Source: Dehalococcoidia bacterium (lineage in GTDB: Bacteria > Chloroflexota > Dehalococcoidia > UBA2979). From it: a stretch of 64,000 nucleotides of DNA. Every line of letters begins with the position of its first letter. Within the stretch, counting starts at the first letter, position 1. The stretch is taken from contig CBDCPB010000004.1 in the NCBI GenBank assembly GCA_965220125.1, positions 2,674,270 through 2,738,269 on the forward strand, written 5' to 3'. The notes under the pieces were generated by a model, which saw nothing but the letters and a program-made list of their open reading frames with translations, did no database searches and was not told where the DNA came from. Below, one piece after another: positions 54,738 to 63,372 of this stretch. Made by a program: the position numbers and the translations under genes.

Positions 54738-56048
54738 GTGGAGCCAGCGGCCGAGGGCGTCTACCAGTTCCGTATCCCCATGCCGGCGAACCAGATCCGG
54801 CCCAGCAGCCGCGAGCGCTACACGCTCGTCTACGCCATCGAGACCTCCGACGGCTGGCTCATGGTCGACGCGGGCATGGACAGCGAGGCGGGCCTCGAGG
54901 CGCTGCGACGGCAGATCCCGGAGGCAGGCCTGGACCCGCGCGACTTCTCGCTGATCGTCGTGACCCACGGCCACACCGATCACTTCGGGCTCGCCGCGAA
55001 GGCGCGCGAGTTCACCGGCGCCCCGATCGCCATCCACCGCGCCGACGCGACCAATCCGTACGTGCTCACCTTCGATCCCGGCGCCGGCCCGCCCGAGGTG
55101 GACCTGCTCCTCGAGGGCGGCGAGGAACTCGTGCCCGGCTCCGGCCTGTGGACGATCTGGACTCCCGGACACACGCCCGGCCACACCTGCATCCACGACC
55201 GCGAGCGCAGGCTGCTCTTCGCTGGCGACCACGTGCTGCCGGTCACCACGCCCAACGTCAGCCGCTACCCGACCGATACCGGCAACCCGCTGCAGGACTT
55301 CATCGACGCCCACCGGGCGCTCGCGGACCTCGATGTGGAGATGGTCCACCCTGCCCACGAGTACTCGTTCGCCGACCTGCGGACGCGGGTCGACGAGATC
55401 ATCGAGCATCACCACGAGCGCGCCGGCGAGATCCTCGCGGCCGCCGCCGAGGGCCCGCGCAGCGCCGCCGGGATCGCCTCGCGCATCAGCTGGAACGTGG
55501 GGACGTGGCAGGAGATGAACGCGGACACGCGGAACATGGCGATCTGGGAGACCAGCGCTCACCTCCACTACCTCGTGCGCGAGGGACGGCTGATCGAGCA
55601 GGAACGCGGCCCGCAGGCGCTGACCGAGGCGTTCGAGGCGGCGTTCGGCGGGCAGCCGCTGAGCCCGATCGCGCTGGTCGGCTGCGGCCGCCTCGGCCGG
55701 CCGACGCTGGCGAGCGAGCAACTCGCGCAGGCCGGCTATGAGATCACGGCGGCCTTCGATGCCGACCCCCGCCAGACCGGCCACACGATCCGCGGACTGA
55801 CAGTCGAGTCCGTCGATGGCCTGGAAGACGCCCTCGACGCGTCCGGCATCGCGGCGGCGATCGTCGCGGTGCCGCCGAGGTACGCCGCGGGCGTGGCGGA
55901 CCGCCTGATCGCCGCCGGCGTGCGCACGATTGTCGACTACACCGGGACCATCGAGGACGCGCCCGCGCACGTCCGCGTGGTGCATGTGGACGCCATCCGC
56001 GCGTTCCAGTCCTCGGCCTACGTGCAGGCCCCGCCCGCCGCGAGCTGA
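54738..56048 (+). CDS. fusion protein: MBL-fold metallohydrolase + helical/wHTH-like middle + Rex-type (CoA_binding) NAD(H)-binding Rossmann domain
   Basis: GTG start with GGGAGGG upstream. MBL motif VVTHGHTDH, then TPGHTPGH. The C-terminal ~120 aa, IALVGCGRLGR...AAFDADPRQTG...AAIVAVPPRYAAGVADRLIAAGVRTIVDYT...VVHVD, align by eye with the Rex C-terminal domain. Confidence 0.8.
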   Translation: MEPAAEGVYQFRIPMPANQIRPSSRERYTLVYAIETSDGWLMVDAGMDSEAGLEALRRQIPEAGLDPRDFSLIVVTHGHTDHFGLAAKAREFTGAPIAIHRADATNPYVLTFDPGAGPPEVDLLLEGGEELVPGSGLWTIWTPGHTPGHTCIHDRERRLLFAGDHVLPVTTPNVSRYPTDTGNPLQDFIDAHRALADLDVEMVHPAHEYSFADLRTRVDEIIEHHHERAGEILAAAAEGPRSAAGIASRISWNVGTWQEMNADTRNMAIWETSAHLHYLVREGRLIEQERGPQALTEAFEAAFGGQPLSPIALVGCGRLGRPTLASEQLAQAGYEITAAFDADPRQTGHTIRGLTVESVDGLEDALDASGIAAAIVAVPPRYAAGVADRLIAAGVRTIVDYTGTIEDAPAHVRVVHVDAIRAFQSSAYVQAPPAAS

Positions 56049-56244
56049 CGCGGCGCCGACACGTCAGCGCGGCGCACGCGACGCCACGGAATACGCCGGA
56101 TGCCCTGTTCGTTCACGAGACGGTCGTCGCAGTACCCGATGCCGGCGATCGGGAGCGCCGATCCCGCCAGGGTCAGCTAGGCCTGATCGAGTTGGGGCGC
56201 AGCGCTCGGGCCGGCGCTCCCCGCAGCCGCGCTGCTGAGCGTGC

Positions 56245-57492
56245 CTACCCGGTGACGCCGCTTGCGACGAGCGCCGCGATCTCCTCGTCGGGCATGCCGA
56301 TCACCTCGCTCAACACCTGCCCGGTGTGCTCCCCCATCACCGGGCTCGGCTCAAAGCTCACGGGATTCCGCGAGAGCTTGAATCCCGGTGCGGAGTCGAT
56401 GACCTCGCCCATGACTGGATGCTGGACCTTCCCGAAGAAGCCCCGATGCTGCAGCTGGGGATCCTCGGCGATCTCGTCGGCGGAGCACAGCGGCGAGACC
56501 GGTACTCCCGCCTCGCGCAGCATCCGCACGACATCGTCCACCAGCAGCGCTCCGGTCCACTGCGAGACAAACTCGTCGAGGTCGTCCTGCGCGCCGAGGC
56601 GGCCTTCCAGGCTGGCAAACCGTTCGTCCCCCGCCCACGCCGGATGCCCCATCACGCGCGTCAGCGCCGCCCACCGCTCCTCGCTGTCCACGGCTATGGC
56701 GCACCAGACATCGGGCTCGGCCGTGGGGTAGACGCCGTGCGGCGCCGCCGTCCGCGAGCGGTTGCCGATCCGCGTCCAGTTGTTGCCGTTCGCCGACGCC
56801 TCAAGCAGCGGCGCGGCCAGCAGCAGCGCCGCGGCCGCGGACTGCGAGAAGTCGATCCACTGGCCCTGCCCCGTCCGCTTTCGGTGCAGCAGCGCAGCGA
56901 GGAGCACGCTGGCGGCGATCGGCGGGACCGTCTGATCCGTGTAGGCGCCCGGCACGAGCGGCGGCCGGCCGGGCCACCCATTGAGTTCCGCGAACCCCAT
57001 CAGGCTCGCGAGGCCCATCCCGTATCCGGGGATGGCGCGCCACGAACCCGTCTGGCCGAACATGCCGAGGCTCAGGACGACGATGTCCGGCTTCACCTTC
57101 CGGAGTACCTCGTAGCCCAGCCCCATGCGCTCCAGCGTGCCGCCCGTGTAGTTCTCCAGCACGGCGTCCGAGCGGGCGATCAGTTTCAGCGCGACCTCGC
57201 GCCCGGCGTCCGTCGAGAGGTCGACCGCGAGGCTTCGTTTCCCGGCGTTCTGGGCGTTGAAGGACAGGCTCGAATCGAGGCTCCGCTCGCCGAGGAACGG
57301 CGGCGTGACCCGCAGCGTGTCGAGACGCTTCGAGCTTTCGACGCGGATGACGTCCGCGCCGCACTTCGCGAGGTAACGCGATACGGATGGGCCGGCGATG
57401 ATCCAGGAGAGGTCCGTGACCCGGATGCCTTCGAGCGCCCCCGGCGCCGGGGCTGCCCCAGCGCCGGTTGGCGAGCCACGATCTTCCCCCAC
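56245..57492 (-). CDS. family III CoA-transferase, subunit/paralogue 2 of a tandem pair
   Basis: ORF 56245..57528. Preferred start is GTG 57492 (AGGAGG 5 nt upstream). Contains GIRVTDLSWIIAGPSVSRYLAKCGADVIRVE and NAGKRSLAVDL. Confidence 0.88.
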   Translation of the reverse strand: MGEDRGSPTGAGAAPAPGALEGIRVTDLSWIIAGPSVSRYLAKCGADVIRVESSKRLDTLRVTPPFLGERSLDSSLSFNAQNAGKRSLAVDLSTDAGREVALKLIARSDAVLENYTGGTLERMGLGYEVLRKVKPDIVVLSLGMFGQTGSWRAIPGYGMGLASLMGFAELNGWPGRPPLVPGAYTDQTVPPIAASVLLAALLHRKRTGQGQWIDFSQSAAAALLLAAPLLEASANGNNWTRIGNRSRTAAPHGVYPTAEPDVWCAIAVDSEERWAALTRVMGHPAWAGDERFASLEGRLGAQDDLDEFVSQWTGALLVDDVVRMLREAGVPVSPLCSADEIAEDPQLQHRGFFGKVQHPVMGEVIDSAPGFKLSRNPVSFEPSPVMGEHTGQVLSEVIGMPDEEIAALVASGVTG

Positions 57493-57528
57493 GAGCGCCT
57501 CCTGACCTTTCGTCTCTGGACCCGACAC

Positions 57529-58797
57529 CTAGATGACACCGGATTGCCGAGCCGCTTCCAGCTCGTCGCGCGTCAGGCCGATCTCTCCGCCGTACACATC
57601 CTGATTGTGTTCGCCGGGCGCTGGCGCCCGCAGGCCCTCGCCCCAGTCGAGGAGCGAGGAGAAGAAGTACCGCCCCGGCGCGGCGATGCCCTCGTCGTCT
57701 TCGCCGCGGCCGAGGGGCTGGCGCGGCATCTGCCCAAGTTCGGTCAGCGGCTCCAGGACGAGGATGTCCGAGGGGCGCGAGATCGGAAAGATCATCAGCC
57801 TGTGCTGCAGGCTGTCGCGCAGCAGTTCGGCGCTGGTCTTCGTGAGGAAGAACTGCTCGAACTGCTCCTCCGCGGCCACCAGTTCGTCGCTGTCGAGGAC
57901 GCCGTACTCGTAGGCCATCCAGTCCATCCCGGTGACATTGCTGGTCCAGCCGCTCTCCCTCATCCAATCGGCGAGGTTCTGTACGAATTTGCTGTTCACG
58001 CCACCGAGAATCTGGAAGTTGATGTAGCCGTCGGCGCAGCGGAAGACGCTCCTGCGTCCGGTCAGCCCCAGCGACGCCATCGCCTGATCGCCCTGGCGGG
58101 CGAAGTTGGTCCGCTCGGCCTGCCACTTCGCGAGGGCGGCGCGGCCGAACAGCTCGACGATCACGTCGTGGACGGCGACGTCGACGTGCTGGCCGTATCC
58201 GGACTGCTCCCGCGCCATGAGGGCCGTCAGCGTCCCCGTCGAGGCCTCCGCGGCGGCGAGCAGCACCGCCTGGTCGACGCTGAGCCGGTTCGGCGGCAGA
58301 TCGGGGTAGCCGTTGGAAGCGACGTAGCCCGCCATCGCCATGCTGATGAGGTCGGTAGCCGGGAACTCCGCGTACGGACCGCTGGTTCCAAACGGGGTAA
58401 TTGAAGTGACGATCAGCTCCGGGAACTCACTGCAGAGCTGTTCGTGATCAAGCGCCCGCGGATGCATGGCGCCGGGCGGGGAGGATTCGATCAGCACATC
58501 GACTCGGCCGAGCAATTCGCTGAACAGCCGACGTCCATATTCGTCGCCCAAATTCAGGGTGATGCCGCGCTTGTTCAGATTCAGGAAGTTCCAGGAGAGG
58601 CTGACCTCCTGCTGCCCTGCGGCATCCGGGGCGTCGCCGCCCGGCGCGTGGGGCGGGAGCGCCCGCTCCTCCTCCCCGCCTGGCGGCTCGGCCTTGATCA
58701 CATCGGCGCCGAGATCTCCGAGGATGCGCCCGCAGAAGGCTGCATCGCCGGAGGTGATGTCGAGGACGCGAACGCTGCTCAGTACCGGGATGCGCAT
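57529..58797 (-). CDS. family III CoA-transferase, subunit/paralogue 1 of a tandem pair
   Basis: VRVLDITSGDAAFCGRILGDLGADVIKAE and NLNKRGITLNL. 422 aa. Confidence 0.88.
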   Translation of the reverse strand: MRIPVLSSVRVLDITSGDAAFCGRILGDLGADVIKAEPPGGEEERALPPHAPGGDAPDAAGQQEVSLSWNFLNLNKRGITLNLGDEYGRRLFSELLGRVDVLIESSPPGAMHPRALDHEQLCSEFPELIVTSITPFGTSGPYAEFPATDLISMAMAGYVASNGYPDLPPNRLSVDQAVLLAAAEASTGTLTALMAREQSGYGQHVDVAVHDVIVELFGRAALAKWQAERTNFARQGDQAMASLGLTGRRSVFRCADGYINFQILGGVNSKFVQNLADWMRESGWTSNVTGMDWMAYEYGVLDSDELVAAEEQFEQFFLTKTSAELLRDSLQHRLMIFPISRPSDILVLEPLTELGQMPRQPLGRGEDDEGIAAPGRYFFSSLLDWGEGLRAPAPGEHNQDVYGGEIGLTRDELEAARQSGVI

Positions 58798-58982
58798 GAA
58801 CTGACAGTCCTCGTCGTGGAGGTCCAGGCCGCCGACCAGGCATCGGACGAATGAAATGCTGCCTGCTGCGTCGGCCGCGACACCCCGGGTTCGCTGAGCA
58901 GGTGCTCACTCTGGATCAGGCTGCCGCCGGGGTCAATCTGCCGGCGGGACTCGCCCGCCTCTCCAGAGACGCCTCGTCGCCG

Positions 58983-59708
58983 CTACGGCGGTCGCACGGG
59001 CGCGATGGTGACGGTTGCGGGCGTGCCCGGCTCAAGGCGGACGAGGTTCACGCTGCCGCACAGCGCGGGCGATCCGGAATAGTAGGCCGGGGTCGGCGGC
59101 CCGCTCACCTGCGTCGGGACGTCCCAGTGCCCCAGAGCCAGATAGTCGGTATCGAGGCGGGCCACGTCGCCAAGCGTGAACCGCCAGCCCCGATGTCTGT
59201 CGGCAGGGCCGCGCTCCCAGTGGCCATGGGCGACGGTGACGCGCCAGCGGGTCGTCCGCGGGGGAGCGGGCATGCCGAGCGGCGCCTGGTCACCGTATCC
59301 GCGATGCGGGCGGCCGCAGACCTCCAGGTCGTGTTCTCCGAAGACGGCCGAGCCACCGTTGTGCATCCCGAACACGGTCACGTTGCGCAGGCGGGCGGTG
59401 TCCAGCCGCTCGTAGACGGAGTCCGGTCCCAGGCAATCGTGGTTGCCGGGCAGCAGCACGACGGGAGCCGGGAGGGAGTCGAGGCGGGCCATCACGCGCT
59501 TGGCAAGAGACGGCGCAACCCGGTTGTTCTCGAACACATCGCCGGCCACTACGACCACGTCCGGCTCCATCCGGGACACGGCGCTGGCGAGGAGATCGAG
59601 ATTGGAAGCGCTGCCTCGTTCGAGCGCGTCTCCGAGATGCAAGTCGGACGTATGCAGGATCAGCGGACTCACCGACTGTTCACCATGCTGGACAAAGGCA
59701 TGGAGCAT
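58983..59708 (-). CDS. calcineurin-like metallophosphoesterase
   Basis: HTSDLHLG, VAGDVFEN, LPGNHD and AHGHW. Confidence 0.8.
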   Translation of the reverse strand: MLHAFVQHGEQSVSPLILHTSDLHLGDALERGSASNLDLLASAVSRMEPDVVVVAGDVFENNRVAPSLAKRVMARLDSLPAPVVLLPGNHDCLGPDSVYERLDTARLRNVTVFGMHNGGSAVFGEHDLEVCGRPHRGYGDQAPLGMPAPPRTTRWRVTVAHGHWERGPADRHRGWRFTLGDVARLDTDYLALGHWDVPTQVSGPPTPAYYSGSPALCGSVNLVRLEPGTPATVTIAPVRPP

Positions 59709-59954
59709 CGCCGTCCCTGCATGTCGGGAAATCTCTCATATCGGCTGTCTTTGACTCATGAGGAGGGTTGCTGAACCAGTACCTCCGGCTCGCCGAACTG
59801 CACACATCCGTGATTGACAGCGGTCACGGTCGGATGGTACTGATCCGGCATTCGGCGGGCAAATGCCAGCCCCCCCGGGCCCTGCGTGACCAACGGGCCT
59901 GTATGCGTGTGCGTGCATGCACGCTGCGCGGGCATCAGGACAGGCGGGACATGT

Positions 59955-60866
59955 ATGACCGGGCAGCAGAGTGATCAGCTAGGCGCGGACTTCCGGACAG
60001 GCGAAGAGGAAAATCCCGAGCAGCTTGTCCTGTACGAAAAGGTCGACAAGCACATCGCGCTGATTACGCTCAACAGACCCGAGCGTCTCAATGCGATGTT
60101 GGCACCCTGGAGTTTCAACGAGCTGAGCAACAAGATCCAGCGGGCAGAGGATGACGACGAGATCAAGGCGATCATCCTCACGGGGGCAGGGCGAGCCTTC
60201 TGCGCCGGCGTGGACCTGCGCCGCACCCCGGTTGAGGTTTCGGGACTTCGCCCCGGGCAGCGGCTTCCGCAGTCCCTGCGGATGCATCGGCCGGGCCAGT
60301 GGGGCGGGGGCAGGAACCTGCTCAACTGCGACAAGACCGTGATTGCCGCCGTCAACGGCGCCGCGGTCGCAGCCGGATTCCACTACGTCATCCAGTGCGA
60401 CATCGTCGTGGCGAGCGAGACCGCGACGATGGGCGAGCCGGAATCGCGCATCGGCTTTGCCGGCTTCACGCCGGACATGGTGGTGATGCTGCAGAAGCTC
60501 GGGATCAATCGCGGTCGCGAGGCGATCCTCACGGGGCGGATGATGCCGGCGCAGGAACTCAAGGAGTGGGGCTTCGTCGCATCGGTCGTTCCGCCGGACC
60601 AGCTGATGGACGAGGCGATGCGCTACGCGAAGATGGTCGCGTGGCACTCGACCGACAACCTGATGCTGGGGCGACGCTCGATGCGTCTGTTCTGGGATCT
60701 GATGGGCGTGCCGGCCTACAACACCTGGACCAGCATCGCGCACCCGCTGTTCACCAACCTGGTGTGGCGGGACGACGAGTTCAACTTCCTGCGTGAGCGG
60801 AACAAGCGCGGGCTGCGCGGCGCCCTGGACGAGATGGGGCGCCAGTGGGACGAGCTCGGGTTCTAG
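59955..60866 (+). CDS. enoyl-CoA hydratase/isomerase (crotonase) family
   Basis: ORF 59886..60866 trimmed to ATG 59955. Contains ITLNRPERLNA and ILTGAGRAFCAGVDLR. Confidence 0.88.
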   Translation: MTGQQSDQLGADFRTGEEENPEQLVLYEKVDKHIALITLNRPERLNAMLAPWSFNELSNKIQRAEDDDEIKAIILTGAGRAFCAGVDLRRTPVEVSGLRPGQRLPQSLRMHRPGQWGGGRNLLNCDKTVIAAVNGAAVAAGFHYVIQCDIVVASETATMGEPESRIGFAGFTPDMVVMLQKLGINRGREAILTGRMMPAQELKEWGFVASVVPPDQLMDEAMRYAKMVAWHSTDNLMLGRRSMRLFWDLMGVPAYNTWTSIAHPLFTNLVWRDDEFNFLRERNKRGLRGALDEMGRQWDELGF

Positions 60867-60941
60867 AGCGCCCAGGGTCCAGGCCGATGGTACGCTCCCG
60901 ATCGCGGGGGCGCGCAGCCAGTGCTGCGCAGGGAGGACGAG

Positions 60942-62186
60942 ATGACGACTGACGTGGACCGCGCTGTGGACGATGCCGAGCTGGAGGCCTTTCGCCGCGA
61001 AGTCGTCGGCTGGCTCGACGCACACCTCGACGGTGTGGGCTCTCCGCCCGACGGCAACGACGCGAGCGAGGAGGAGTACCAGCGCAATCACCAGTTCCTG
61101 CGCGAACTCGCGCAGCAGGGCTGGTACGGCCCCGGCTGGCCCACCGAGTACGGCGGCGGCAGTCTCCCACGCGAGAAGGTCGAGATCATCCATGACGAGC
61201 TTCTCCACAACGTCCCCGCATTCCAGAACGTCCGCCTCCCCGGGGACATTGGCGGCAGCCTCGCCGCTGCTACCTGGCAGCTCGGTACCGATGAGCAGAA
61301 GCAGCGCTTTGTGCCGCCGATCCTGCGCGCGGACGTGGTGACCTGGGAGCTGTTCACCGAGCCGGACCACGGTTCTGACCTCCCGGGCATGCAGGCGCAG
61401 GCGGTGCGCCATGGCGATGAGTACGTGCTCAACGGCTCCAAGATCTTCGTCGGCGGCAACTTCAGAGCCGACCAGTACTTCGTCCTCGCGGTTACCGCCC
61501 CGAACGGGAGCCGCCATGCGAATCTCAGCGCGTTCGTTACGCCTTCGGACGCGCCCGGGCTGACCGTGATGCCGATGGAGATGATGGCGGGCCACAAGAA
61601 GAACCTGATCACGCTCGACAACGTCGTCGTCCCGGCCGAGAACCGCATCGGCAACGAGGGGGACGGCTGGAGCTGCTTCATGATCAGCGTCCCCGAGTTC
61701 GGCTCGGTGGGATTGCCCGCCTCCGGCGGGCGGACGCCGTTTGTCCTCGACATGCTCATGGAGTACGCGCGGACCACCACCCGCGGTGGGAAGCGGCTGA
61801 TCGACAGCCCGCGCCAGCGCTCGGCAGTGACGAAGGCCTGGATCGGCGGGCAGGTGAACCGCCTGCTGCTCGAGCGCAACCAGAGGCGTCAGGCCGACCC
61901 TCGCGCAGCAACGCACCAGCTCAACACCTACCAGGGCTCGCAGGGGGCGATGCTCGGCAAGCTCTACGCCGTTGAGCTGTCGGAAGCGATTCAGCAGGTG
62001 TTGGGGCCGCTCTCGATCATCGGCGACACTGCCTGGGCGCCGTACGAGGGCGAGCTTGAGTACTTCCAGCGCCAGGCAATCGTGAACACGCACCCCGGAG
62101 GCACCATCGAGACGCAGAAGACGCGCATGTTCCGTGGCATGGCCTCGGACCGCAGCCTGCAGGAGATCAAGGCGGAGCGAAGATGA
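60942..62186 (+). CDS. acyl-CoA dehydrogenase family protein (divergent), first of a tandem pair
   Basis: ORF trimmed to ATG 60942 (GGGAGGA upstream). Contains WELFTEPDHGSDL and YVLNGSKIFVGG. Confidence 0.82.
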   Translation: MTTDVDRAVDDAELEAFRREVVGWLDAHLDGVGSPPDGNDASEEEYQRNHQFLRELAQQGWYGPGWPTEYGGGSLPREKVEIIHDELLHNVPAFQNVRLPGDIGGSLAAATWQLGTDEQKQRFVPPILRADVVTWELFTEPDHGSDLPGMQAQAVRHGDEYVLNGSKIFVGGNFRADQYFVLAVTAPNGSRHANLSAFVTPSDAPGLTVMPMEMMAGHKKNLITLDNVVVPAENRIGNEGDGWSCFMISVPEFGSVGLPASGGRTPFVLDMLMEYARTTTRGGKRLIDSPRQRSAVTKAWIGGQVNRLLLERNQRRQADPRAATHQLNTYQGSQGAMLGKLYAVELSEAIQQVLGPLSIIGDTAWAPYEGELEYFQRQAIVNTHPGGTIETQKTRMFRGMASDRSLQEIKAERR

Positions 62187-63319
62187 CCCCTGCCGACAGC
62201 AACGGGAGCCGCGAGCAGCAGGAACTCCTCAGCCGCGCCGCGCGTGATTTCATCGAGGAGCGCTTCACGCGCGAACGCCGGCTCGAAGCCGATCTCGAGG
62301 GCGACGACGGCGTGGACCTCGAGGCCTGGCAAGCACTGGCCGGGATGCAGTGGACCGGCACGCTGATCCCGGAGGCCTACGGCGGCGTTGGCGGCAGCCT
62401 CGAGGACGCCGCGACGATTTACGAAGAGATGGGGCGGCAACTCGTGCCCGGACCGCACCTCTCGTGCGCTGTGCTCGCGGCGCAGATCCTGCAGGAGGGC
62501 GGCACGGAGGAGCAGAAGCGCGAGTACCTCGGCGCGATCGCCCGCGGCGCCCGCGTCATCGTCCCGGCCATCAGCGAGGAGCAGGACGACTGGACGGCCG
62601 ACAACGTCCAGCTCCGCGCGACGCCCGCCGGCGACGGGTATCGGCTCGACGGGACAAAGCTCTACGTACCGGACGCGGCGGTGGCAGACGTGCTGATCGT
62701 GGCCGCACGCGCTGCCGAGGGCGTCACGCTCTTCCTCGTCGACGCGAACGCTGCCGGTGTCACGACGCGGCGCATGAGCGGCTGGACGGCTCAGCCACTG
62801 TTCGAGATTCGCCTGGAGGGCGTGACTGTTCCCGCATCGGCCGTGATCGGGTCTGTCGGCGAGGGCTGGGACGTGCTGGAGCCTGCGTTCCGCGTCGGAG
62901 CCGTCGTGCTCTGCAGCTACATGATCGGCGCAGCCGAGCGCGTGTACGAGATGACCATCGACTACTCACACCAGCGCGTGCAATTCGGGCAATCGATCTC
63001 GCGTTTCCAGCGGGTGGCCGACCGCGTCATCGAACAGCGCAACCTGATCGATGCGGCCCGCCTCACCACGCAGGAGGCGCTCGACCTCCTCGCACGGGAC
63101 GATCCCGAGGCACCCAAGTACGTCTCCGTTGCCAAGGCGCTCACCAGCCAGGGCTTCTACATGACGTGCGAGGAAGCGCACCACGTGCATGCCGGTATCG
63201 GCTCGACCAAGGAGTTCGGGCTGTATCTGTACACGCAGGCGTCCCACTCGCTCTACCACTACCTCGGGTCGCCGGACGTGCACGAAGAGCGCGTCGGGGC
63301 GCTTCTGGCTGCCGAGTAG
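62183..63319 (+). CDS. acyl-CoA dehydrogenase family protein, second of a tandem pair
   Basis: ATGA overlap with the upstream ACAD. Contains YRLDGTKLYVPDA and YSHQRVQFGQSISRFQ. Confidence 0.85.
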   Translation: MTPADSNGSREQQELLSRAARDFIEERFTRERRLEADLEGDDGVDLEAWQALAGMQWTGTLIPEAYGGVGGSLEDAATIYEEMGRQLVPGPHLSCAVLAAQILQEGGTEEQKREYLGAIARGARVIVPAISEEQDDWTADNVQLRATPAGDGYRLDGTKLYVPDAAVADVLIVAARAAEGVTLFLVDANAAGVTTRRMSGWTAQPLFEIRLEGVTVPASAVIGSVGEGWDVLEPAFRVGAVVLCSYMIGAAERVYEMTIDYSHQRVQFGQSISRFQRVADRVIEQRNLIDAARLTTQEALDLLARDDPEAPKYVSVAKALTSQGFYMTCEEAHHVHAGIGSTKEFGLYLYTQASHSLYHYLGSPDVHEERVGALLAAE

Positions 63320-63372
63320 CCCGGGCCTGCTGCTCGCGCGTCAGCGGGAGCCTGCCGGGCTTTGCGCGGGCC

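Noticed and set aside
53634-55985. 783-aa minus-strand ORF
   Set aside because: It is antisense to the DppC-like permease and the MBL-Rex fusion gene, with no domain and shadow composition.
59979-62093. 704-aa minus-strand ORF
   Set aside because: It is antisense to the crotonase and first ACAD genes, with shadow composition.
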